Assembly: GCA_018985225.1 (NCBI GenBank)
Contig: JADGIF010000300.1
Location: 1 to 11,399 of the forward strand
Length of the DNA stretch: 11,399 bases
Direction of reading: 5' to 3'
From: Amoeboradix gromovi X-113
Taxonomy: Eukaryota > Fungi > Sanchytriomycota
Under the pieces are notes generated by a model, which saw only the letters and a list, made by a program, of their open reading frames with translations, was not told the origin of the DNA and searched no databases. The translations under genes and the position numbers were made by a program. Positions 1-8,520 of this stretch are shown one piece after another. Each line of letters begins with the position of its first letter. Positions within the stretch are counted from its first letter, which is position 1.

Positions 1-39
1 CAGAGGTTTATTCGAAATAAAGATTGGATGAAAGAGTAA
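1..39 (+). CDS. Possible 3' end of an upstream gene (...QRFIRNKDWMKE*)
   Basis: Frame is open from base 1 to TAA at 37-39 and is followed by AT/T-rich sequence. Too short to identify. Confidence 0.3.
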   Translation, partial: QRFIRNKDWMKE

Positions 40-449
40 GAGAATAGCTGTACAGAATATTTATTTTTGAAATTCGATACAAAAAGTTATTTATTTTCCT
101 TTTATACTCGTCAACTCCGCACCTAGCTGAATGTCCACTTGCCTCTTAAATCCATAAAATTAATAAAGCTGAAATAATGTTCCAAGTTGTCACAGAAAGG
201 TAACTCAGTTTTTATATTTGATGTCCCTACTGTAGAAGTCTGCCTTATCATTTTAACACTCGCTTATCGGTGAAAATCTTCAAAATTAAAGAAAATAGAT
301 TCTTTGCGACTAATTACTGGAAAGTTAATTTAGCGTGGCATGGTACTAGCCTTGAACACTTAACTGTGTTATGATTAAGATAATTTATGGCAATGTATAA
401 TAGAAAGTCCTGCTATTATAGTATTTCTGTGAAATCGTAAAGTTTGATG

Positions 450-472
450 AATGTAACAAACTTTGTTACATT
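450..472. repeat. Perfect 11-bp inverted repeat with 1-nt spacer
   Basis: AATGTAACAAA (450-460), C, TTTGTTACATT (462-472), read directly from the sequence. Confidence 0.85.
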
Positions 473-873
473 TATCGACCACAGATACTGTATGCAAATA
501 TAGAGAAAGAAATGATAGTTGAAATTTAGGGAACATGATAAAGATGATATGTAGTAATACCTGCATCCTTGTACAATACTGCGTCAGGGTAATGGAACCG
601 CAATTAGCCATTGTAACAGAGTGCCCTACATTGCCAATCTCTCTGGAAATTCTTAATTTTCTATGAATGCAGGACTTTGAATGAGAGGTTATTAGCGAAA
701 AATCATTTTTTTAAACCAATCTGAATGCTCTCTGGATTGATGCGGCCAAGTTCTGGTTGCATATCTCATTGTGACTCGTTTATTTCGTGTCGAGTTACAA
801 AAGAGTACTAGATCTCTTGGACCAATCATACTTCATGAATGCTTATTAAAAAGAGTAATTGCGTTTCCATGCA

Positions 874-1557
874 ATGGAACCTTCAGTTTCGAATTTGCCG
901 AAGGATGTGCATTACCTGCTTTTTCAACATATGCAAGACACGGACTTAGTTAATCTTGCCAAGACAAACAAGCAACTAAGATCAAGATTAAAGGAGTACT
1001 CAAGTATATTGGAAAGATTGAAGAGGGAAAATTTGGTTTTTTTGTTAAGCCGACAGCAAAGACCACTGCTAAAGGATCTAATGCCAACAATAGTTCCAGG
1101 AAACATTTCATTAATTATGGATGGGAACGTCAATGCAATATTGCTCATTTCCGCCGCTCAGCAAAAACTGCAGCGGAATATAATTTCCAACTCGGTACAT
1201 AGAAAGTTAAAATCCAGGCCAGATACTATCAGTGAAAGCATTTTGCCAAAAATCTGCTTGACTGTAGATCCCGGATTAGCTAAAATTGCGTATCGAATGA
1301 ATTTGACATTAAAGAAAAACAAGACAAAAACTCACTTGAGCAAACACCTCGTTCATAAGCCAAGACGAGAGACGTTGAAATTGCTGAAGGACAGGTCCTT
1401 GGAGCATTTGATTGCACAAAAGCTTATAAAAACAATAATTGACTTTTCTAACATAAACCGCTTTGAAAAAGTGATGCCCCGACTTGGAAACTATGAGCAA
1501 ACTGTTATTTGTCCCGGTATAAAGCCAAGATTGTACTTTTTTGAGAGCCGTATTTAA
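874..1557 (+). CDS. F-box-like protein with degenerate RPEL-like repeats
   Basis: First ATG is at 874; the ORF-track start at 859 is a TTG. N-terminal LPKDVHYLLFQHMQDTDLVNLAKTNKQLR fits the F-box pattern. Basic segments LSRQQRPLLKDL, LKSRPDTISESIL and LVHKPRRETL resemble RPEL motifs. Confidence 0.65.
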   Translation: MEPSVSNLPKDVHYLLFQHMQDTDLVNLAKTNKQLRSRLKEYSSILERLKRENLVFLLSRQQRPLLKDLMPTIVPGNISLIMDGNVNAILLISAAQQKLQRNIISNSVHRKLKSRPDTISESILPKICLTVDPGLAKIAYRMNLTLKKNKTKTHLSKHLVHKPRRETLKLLKDRSLEHLIAQKLIKTIIDFSNINRFEKVMPRLGNYEQTVICPGIKPRLYFFESRI

Positions 1558-1581
1558 TAAATCTATTTTTAAACTTAGGCC

Positions 1582-3081
1582 ATGAGTGAGGAAGAAAATG
1601 GATTAGCGCTGAATTCTCAAGAGAAACTCGAATACAAATTCCATGATTTGTCATACAGAACTGCAGCAATTAGATCTTTGCTTATATCAGAGTTTGAAAT
1701 CTTTGATAACATGAAATATGCCAACATACAGAAAGCAGATTTGAATGACATTTGCGATCTTAAGAAGAGAGCTAAAGTAATCAAACAAAATCCTGACCAA
1801 CCTTGCTTATTTAATACACTACAAAGGTATATGAAAGAAAAATCATTAACTGTAGAAGAAAGAAAATTGGCTAGAAAGAAAGCAAGAGGCATAATTCCAA
1901 TTAGCGCATTCGCTAATTTTATGATTAACAGTATTTCATTTATTAATTTAGATTCTGCTTTCAAGATATTCATGAATTTGATAGTTGTGCTAGATGTGAT
2001 ATGTATTGCTCTTTTCGCAGAGTATCAAAACACGTCTAGTTCATTTCTTTACTATGACACAGTTTTTTCTAACATCATAATTCTATTTTATGTAGCAGAG
2101 CTCATTCTCAAGGCTTCAGACAGCAGAAAGGCGATGTGGAAAAACAGTTGGGACGTGTTTAACATGGGAATTACAGTTTTCACCGCTTCTTTGGAAATAA
2201 TTATATTGTTTCTAAACGAACGTGGCTTTTCCAAAAATCCTATGTTAGAGCAAATTAGATTAATAAAAGTTGTAAGAATATTGAAACTGGTAGCAAATGT
2301 TTCTAACCTGAAGGTTATAATTAAGACCATTAGTGTGGCCTTTAAACCAATGATGTATATTGGGGTTCTAATGCTGATGGGCCTGGGCTTATTTGCGATT
2401 ATTGGGGTGTCTCTATTCGGAAGCGAGCCTGAATTAAAAAACACCTTGTATGCTTATCGCTTTTCTTCCCTTGGTAGCTGTATTGCACTTTTATTCCAAC
2501 TAATGACACTAGATAACTGGACGGATTCATATCTGGAGTTAATCGAGATTGTTAATCCTTTTATTGTGACCGTCTTCTTTGTTTTATGGATCTGCTTGGG
2601 CGCCTTCGTGTTTAAAAATGTTTTCATAGGAGTTCTGGTAAATAACTTTGCCCGCGTAGATGATGAACTGAGAGAACAAAGAGTAAAACAAAAAAATAAC
2701 AGCCAACTGGGAAAGATGAAGCAAAAGCTACAGGGCGAATTGAAAAAAGTTCAAAATCGTTTAGAAAAATCAGGATCATCGGCAATCTTACAACCAAAAC
2801 AAATTCATATTAGAAAACAAGGTTCCTTGTTATTGCCTAACTCAGTAACATCAAAACCAACTTCTCTTGTATTTCCTTCGAAAACTGAGTTAAATGAATG
2901 GGACAACATTGTTCACGAGACAAGGGCCGCCATCCTGACTCAAGACACTCAGATTAAATGGAATAAAAAGTTGGCATTCAAATACTTACAGCTACTTTCA
3001 AGCCTTCAAGAAGATTTAGAAGAGTATTATGAGATCAACAAGTTAGCTGTTCAGATTATCTTGGAAATTCTTCAAGAATAA
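1582..3081 (+). CDS. CATSPER2: CatSper alpha (pore-forming) subunit, CatSper2-like single-domain 6-TM Ca2+ channel
   Basis: Six hydrophobic segments. S4 RLIKVVRILK has basic residues every third position. The pore loop FQLMTLDNW (TLDNW at 2506-2520) matches CatSper T-x-D-x-W. A coiled coil follows S6. N-terminal AAIRSLLISEF and C-terminal W..KLAFKYLQLLSSLQEDLEEYYEINKLAVQII resemble the CatSper2-specific termini as recalled from mammalian CatSper2. Confidence 0.88.
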   Translation: MSEEENGLALNSQEKLEYKFHDLSYRTAAIRSLLISEFEIFDNMKYANIQKADLNDICDLKKRAKVIKQNPDQPCLFNTLQRYMKEKSLTVEERKLARKKARGIIPISAFANFMINSISFINLDSAFKIFMNLIVVLDVICIALFAEYQNTSSSFLYYDTVFSNIIILFYVAELILKASDSRKAMWKNSWDVFNMGITVFTASLEIIILFLNERGFSKNPMLEQIRLIKVVRILKLVANVSNLKVIIKTISVAFKPMMYIGVLMLMGLGLFAIIGVSLFGSEPELKNTLYAYRFSSLGSCIALLFQLMTLDNWTDSYLELIEIVNPFIVTVFFVLWICLGAFVFKNVFIGVLVNNFARVDDELREQRVKQKNNSQLGKMKQKLQGELKKVQNRLEKSGSSAILQPKQIHIRKQGSLLLPNSVTSKPTSLVFPSKTELNEWDNIVHETRAAILTQDTQIKWNKKLAFKYLQLLSSLQEDLEEYYEINKLAVQIILEILQE

Positions 3082-3088
3082 ATTTATT
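3077..3088. terminator. Back-to-back (palindromic) AATAAA polyadenylation signals for the convergent CatSper genes
   Basis: AATAAATTTATT: the + strand AATAAA (3077-3082) overlaps the CatSper2 stop, and the - strand AATAAA (3083-3088) lies 8 nt past the auxiliary-gene stop. Confidence 0.55.
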
Positions 3089-3096
3089 AATTAGAG

Positions 3097-5269
3097 CTAG
3101 AGCTTCACTTTTTCTCTTCTATACCACATGTAAAGTACTACAAGTATTAATAACATTCCCAAAAAACTTAATGATAAAATCAGCACTTGTGTTTCTAGCC
3201 TCATTGTGGCACCATTGACGTAAAGAACAAACTCATATTCAAAAATGCAAAACGAATTTGTTTTTAGTGCTCTTATTTTAAACACATAAATTTCGTCTTG
3301 ATATGAACTCCAGGATATTCTATTATTATTCTCAGTTGTAAAAACAGCATACTGCTGATTGATTTTAGGATCTGCACAATCTAGTATAGGATCAACATAA
3401 GGGTTGTATTTAGAAGTAGGGGTTAAGCTGATATAACAATCTTTAGCTAATGCATGCCAATTAAAGGAATACCTTCCATATTTTTCAATCAAAACAAACG
3501 AGTCAATTTCTGGTATTTGCGCATTTGTTTGAACTGCGCTTAAAACCATGTTCGGAGAGTAAATATCGTTATAGTTTGCAGAATATTTAACTGTGCAAGG
3601 TATTTCAACCGTCATGTCCACCTGTCCAATGGCCTTTAATACGGGGTCAAAGTACTTTCGTGCTTTTAACACAATTGAGGTAGTGCCAGAGCACGGTGTT
3701 GATGGAGTGTCTATGTTAGTCTCGATATTATTTGGACACTCATATCTTTGTTTATATATCAAATAACTTGTGCAGAATGATTCAGTCTCGCCAGTTGACC
3801 AAAATGTTAAATTCTTTGCGGACTGGTCCAAAGGATAAGCCCGTGCTTCATTATCTTGTCTTGTTAATTTTATTTTACTAGCAGAATAGACCATTCCATT
3901 GTTATTTTTAAATGCAATTTTGGCGGGTTCAAACTTGTCCATGACTGGGTTGTTCAGTATCGCTGGAAATTCTGATAAATCAGTTTTGTAACAGTCCAAT
4001 CCACTAAATTATGAAGAAGTACTTTTTCAGTGACGAAAATTCATTGAAGTCAATTTCTAACAGCATGTTGTCAAATATGAATGTGCAATATCCGATCAAG
4101 TTGCAGTAAAACGTATCGTGATTTATTTCTGTCCTATATAATGTATAATCATCGACCCTTCCAAAATAAATATCTCTGTTGTACGCATACACGCTTCTGC
4201 CTATATATATTACGTTCTGAAACGCAATTGAATCAAGTGATTGCACACTAGAACCTGATTTTAAGAATAATCCATCAGAATTAATTAGCAAGTCGCTATT
4301 CAAATCATTTAAGTATGTTTCATTGCTGGAATCAATAGTCTTTCTCGAAAAGTCATACAGGTAATAGCCTGAATCATTTCTTAAACTCAAGTATTGAGAA
4401 TTAATATCTATTAATGTAAAGTTAGTATCTAATTCGTGTTCTTCAGAAATAGAAATTGTGCTTTTCTCAATTGCATAGATTAGTGGTTGAACTCCACTCA
4501 ATACAAACTGATTGCAATCTTTCTGCCATGCTTGGTTTAAGTCAAAGTAATAACAAACTAGCTCCACAGATTGAATCATCATTCCGAAAGACGAAAGTGA
4601 CAACTTTTTAACAGCTACCGCAGTCTGGAATGAGTTTATATCATATCCTATATATTTTATCAAGTTAGATCCCGTCGAATACAAGACTGCCTCATATGAA
4701 ATTCCTGAAAAAGAAGAAGAAGTAGTATTGAAATTGGATTCATATTTCGTGAAGAAGCTGTATTTTAACAGTATTGCAAAAATTGCTCTTAGTTTTAGTT
4801 GGATGGCTCTGTCTCGAATCGGGCAAAGACCAAACAATACACGCCCCGCGCTTAGCTGAACAACTTCCCAAAACAAAGAAACATCTTCAATCTCATGAGT
4901 ATAATGACCGCTTTCATAGTGCAATGTGTGTTCTAAGTTTCTTCTTCTCATTGTAATTTTAATACCCTGGCTATGTAATATTTCAGTCATATCCATTCCG
5001 TATAAATCCAATTTTACTATTAAATGTGTCCCATTATAAGTGTAGGCATAGTCAATACACTTGAACTGTGTCAATTCTACAGTTACTGTGTTATTTTGAG
5101 CTGTGAATATGTGTCTTCCTTCTTCGTTACATTTGACTTCAGTTTCTGATACTATTCTACAGTCTGAGGTCAAGTTCCAGTTCCTCATGTCTGTCCCATA
5201 TATTTTAACTGAATTCTTGTTCTGAAATGGATTAAATATCAAAGTTGCATATATAGGAACAAAGAGCAT
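3097..5269 (-). CDS. CatSper auxiliary subunit, delta/epsilon-like type I membrane protein; predicted join(complement 4023..5269, 3097..4003), 717 aa
   Basis: ATG at 5269 starts a short hydrophobic leader (MLFVPIYATLIF). The ectodomain is Cys-, aromatic- and N-x-S/T-rich, followed by one C-terminal TM and a basic tail. FVLIEKYGRYSFNW and NNRISW...IYVFKIRALKTNSFCIFEYEFVLYVNGA-TM resemble recalled CatSper delta/epsilon C-terminal motifs. The two ORF-track ORFs join in frame across a GT-AG intron. Confidence 0.75.
4004..4022 (-). other. Predicted 19-nt spliceosomal intron
   Basis: Minus strand reads AA|GTACTTCTTCATAATTTAG|T GGA TTG GAC. Removing it deletes the in-frame TAG and gives ...LKNGLDCYKTD... 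in frame with the downstream ORF. Confidence 0.65.
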
Positions 5270-5360
5270 TTTCAAGTGAGTTTAGGCCAAATGGATTCCT
5301 GAAATTTCGATGCCATTTGAAAATAAGATTTATCTTAATCCAAACATTTATTAAAGCAAG

Positions 5361-7001
5361 TTAGCAAGCTACTGTAAAGGTTCTTCTATCTGTCAAATAC
5401 TTCAAATTCAACCTCACGTGTGGCGTATTGAATTTGAGGCTTACTTCATATGCGCCTGGTGTCAGATTTTCCACTCGTTGTTTATCAGTCAGCGTATCTT
5501 GTACCTGGCCCTCTTTTTTCCAGATTATATCATAAAAAGTATCCTCTTTTTGCTTCAACTTGCTGAACTGTCCATATGGCACCGCACTCAATAAAGCGTT
5601 CCCAGTGTTTCCAGTGCATGTTACATTCAACGAGTCAATCAACCTGATCTTTTGCAAAAAGTTAATGTGCATTCCTTCCATGCAGACTGGACAAAATCGA
5701 GGGCTAGTCATGTTTCTCATAATACACAAGTCATTTGTTGGCCTGTAGCTTTTCCTACCTCTGATGTCCCATGTCGGAAATGCTCCAACGCTTTCGTATT
5801 CGTCGAAGACATTTCGCTCATATTCGTGTATGTCCAAGGAGCAAACGGTCCTACCCATAATCTCGCCTGTTCTAGGGTCTCTCAAAAGTGGTTTCTTCAG
5901 TTGCTCAATCCTCAATTCATGAGTTCCAACAGCCAATGGTTTTGTAAATTTCCAGAAGTAGAATTGTCTATCCAGAGTGCCTTTGGATTCAAGTGGCATT
6001 TCTATTTCATCCACACTGACACGAACAGATTCTGCATTTTCCACACCGCTAAGAGAGATTAGCAATTTCCAATAATTGTAGTTGGAGTTGGTTTTGAACT
6101 TGAGTATGTATGGATTGTCTAAAGAGGCCCATGGGTGCTCGGTTGCCAACATATTTAGTTTGTTTTCCAAGTCGATCTTAGAAGCAACCCAGTGGGACCA
6201 CTGAATTGATCCTATACTTCTAGCACTGTTATAGCCTGAGTAAACGTAGCCGTCGTCATATTCTTCGCCCTCAGTAGCAAAATTATGTCCCATTTCGTGT
6301 CTCAGTACCGTGGTCCCGGTTGTGGCGCTCGAGGTGGAAATTACGAACTCACCTCCCAAACCTCCGTAGAACACATCATTTCCTATTATGGATGGGTAAT
6401 CGCACTTGGTACCTAACTTATTGCATAACTGGCGTGCAAAGTTGGCCTTACCAGGCATGATTCCTCGCAGTTCGTTTCCATCTCTTCTCAAGCCAAACAC
6501 AGTATTCTTGCTGTACTGCATGAAAGATATACCGCTATCAACACTCGGTATGTATAATGCCCATATATTAAACATTGGTAAAAGAGGTTTAAATGTTTGA
6601 CCATTCCACATTTCATCAACAAGTCGCTTAATGTCGTTGAAGAACTTTGTCCTTTCCGATTTAGTGTAGCCATCTCCCATGAAGACTACGTCAATTCTGT
6701 TATCAGGATTGCCACTAGTAATTATGCTCTGCAATTCATAGTCTACATCTTCTAGCAGAGGTGCTTCTTCATCTTGCACTATAATCTTCATGTCCAACGT
6801 AGCACAGTGTTTCTTGGCAACCAATAAGGCAGAATCTGTGTCATCAGCAGTGATTTCCATCATGTTTCTATAGGTGACCTGCTTAGGTAATATTCCTCGA
6901 TAATGTGGAAAGTTATTGGTTCTCAAATACTTACAGTCGTTATCAAGAGTTTTGCTGAAGAGCAATTGAACCGCTGCCAGAGCTATGTTTGAAAGTAACA
7001 T
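5361..7001 (-). CDS. Secreted IgA peptidase M64-family zinc metallopeptidase
   Basis: NRIDVVFMGDGYT motif, HEMGH zinc motif (6285-6299) followed by GEEYD, C-terminal CIMR...FCPVC motif and a short hydrophobic N-terminal leader. Confidence 0.9.
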   Translation of the reverse strand: MLLSNIALAAVQLLFSKTLDNDCKYLRTNNFPHYRGILPKQVTYRNMMEITADDTDSALLVAKKHCATLDMKIIVQDEEAPLLEDVDYELQSIITSGNPDNRIDVVFMGDGYTKSERTKFFNDIKRLVDEMWNGQTFKPLLPMFNIWALYIPSVDSGISFMQYSKNTVFGLRRDGNELRGIMPGKANFARQLCNKLGTKCDYPSIIGNDVFYGGLGGEFVISTSSATTGTTVLRHEMGHNFATEGEEYDDGYVYSGYNSARSIGSIQWSHWVASKIDLENKLNMLATEHPWASLDNPYILKFKTNSNYNYWKLLISLSGVENAESVRVSVDEIEMPLESKGTLDRQFYFWKFTKPLAVGTHELRIEQLKKPLLRDPRTGEIMGRTVCSLDIHEYERNVFDEYESVGAFPTWDIRGRKSYRPTNDLCIMRNMTSPRFCPVCMEGMHINFLQKIRLIDSLNVTCTGNTGNALLSAVPYGQFSKLKQKEDTFYDIIWKKEGQVQDTLTDKQRVENLTPGAYEVSLKFNTPHVRLNLKYLTDRRTFTVAC

Positions 7002-7619
7002 GGCGATTTGGCGATGAGTAAATTTCCTAAAAATACAAGTTGGCGAAGCAATTAGGCAAAATGCAGCGAGAAATAATGTAAGCTAGGCAAGTTATGAATT
7101 TTCATTGGGTTGCGCATCTTCGTCAATTGGCATTCTCATTAAAAATTCTGATTGCTGGAAAAGCAAGGATTTTTAGAGAAACTGCAAAGCCAACTACTGC
7201 GTTAAAGTTATTGGTCGCACTTTCGATGTATTGAGGTGGGATTGAATTGGGATGCATTTACTTCAATTGTATGTTCGTCGTTTCTATTGAGTCTTTACAT
7301 ACTTTAGATGACAGTTTGTGCATTTTTAAACTCCAAACTGAGTTGCTTCAGAGTCCCACAGGCAGTGCAACTTTTACTAGTAAGTGCTTTTTTAGATTCC
7401 ATCTATATCTTTCCAGTCGTTCGTCTAAAATTAGAGAAGACTATACCTTAATTCTATTAATTTAAAGTATGAGAAAAAGAACTATAGGACAGTGAAATTT
7501 GTCTAGCCATGCTAAGATGCTTTTTCAATTAAAATCATATACTGTTGCGTTATTTTCGGACAAGGATAATAAAAGGTCGAGTATCCTAATATACAAAAGT
7601 TGTAAAAATAATAATTAAT

Positions 7620-8210
7620 TTACTCATAAATTACAGATTCTGTCTTAATGCTATCGTTCTCTTTAAATTCAGAGGACCGAATCATTAGACAATAATCCAC
7701 AAGTTTTAGAAAAGACTCACTAAATCTATCAGATTCGTTTGAATTCTTTGGTTTGGATTTGGATCCACAAAAATTTAAGCTTGGCAAGCGATATTTGCTC
7801 AATTCCATATTAGGTGACAATGAGCTAGTTTGTGAAATGTAATCGTCACAACTTTTTAAGTCAGGACTGGAATCACTAGATCTAGACTTTGATTTCCCTC
7901 TCTTGTAGTAGAGTTGGGAAGAGTTCATCTCATGAATTAGTTTAACGTGCTTTCTAGCGTCATGACTTCTTTTAAATCTTTTATCGCAATGCGGGCAAAG
8001 AAATGGTCTATAGCTCACATGGCATAGCAAATGGGATATTATTCTATATCTTTTCGTGACACTTACAGAGCAGTGCAACCAATTGCAACGATATTCGCTG
8101 CTGCCAGTTTTTGAGCATTCAATATGCCTGTTTACTAAATGTTCGTACAACTGCTCAGAGTTTGGAAAAGTCATATTACATTCTCCCCAAGAACAAGATT
8201 GTTGAGTCAT
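7620..8210 (-). CDS. PacC/Rim101-like three-finger C2H2 transcription factor (short, divergent)
   Basis: Fingers CSWGEC..LYEHLVNRH, CNWLHC...KRYRIISHLLCH and PFLCPHCDKRFKRSHDARKHVKLIH. The tandem C-x-W-x-x-C fingers and their spacing match PacC/Rim101. A Ser-rich tail follows. Confidence 0.8.
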   Translation of the reverse strand: MTQQSCSWGECNMTFPNSEQLYEHLVNRHIECSKTGSSEYRCNWLHCSVSVTKRYRIISHLLCHVSYRPFLCPHCDKRFKRSHDARKHVKLIHEMNSSQLYYKRGKSKSRSSDSSPDLKSCDDYISQTSSLSPNMELSKYRLPSLNFCGSKSKPKNSNESDRFSESFLKLVDYCLMIRSSEFKENDSIKTESVIYE

Positions 8211-8520
8211 TGATCGTTAGTATCTGGTTGTTTGGGGCTCGTTGAAATTTAAACAAAACTACTGGTCTCCTTGGAACACAAAGGGGGTTCTGTTCACTCT
8301 TGTGATTGGAATAGTTCGAAACTTGAATCACTGTAGAGCACAGAATCGAGTCGATTCATATTATTTTGTGATTTGTAGATCATATAAACCCTTCTAGAAG
8401 AAACCGTTTTCCTATAATACTATTAATACTTTTTGAAACGTAACTCCAAATTTAAAACTCTAACTCACTCTTGGAATAAGCCACAGCTCATGCGCTGTAA
8501 CAATCTCAGCTAGTTCTTGT

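Noticed and set aside
375-611. 78-aa minus-strand ORF
   Set aside because: No recognisable motif, and its composition looks like translated AT-rich noncoding DNA.
1582-3081. Bacterial NavBac-type channel or prokaryotic operon interpretation
   Set aside because: The filter is TLDNW rather than TLESW, the termini are CatSper2-like, and the identifiable neighbouring genes are eukaryotic.
3097-3999. Treating this ORF as an independent gene
   Set aside because: It begins at TTG 4 nt after the upstream stop, has no leader, and joins the upstream ORF in frame across a GT-AG intron.
7011-7018. PAC-like element GCGATGAG
   Set aside because: Single copy 10 nt from a peptidase start codon, not at a ribosome-biogenesis gene; likely chance.
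7247-7465. 72-aa plus-strand ORF
   Set aside because: TTG start and no family motif; probably intergenic.
8216-8222. TACTAAC branch-point-like motif just upstream of the zinc-finger ATG
   Set aside because: No suitably placed YAG acceptor or convincing upstream exon.
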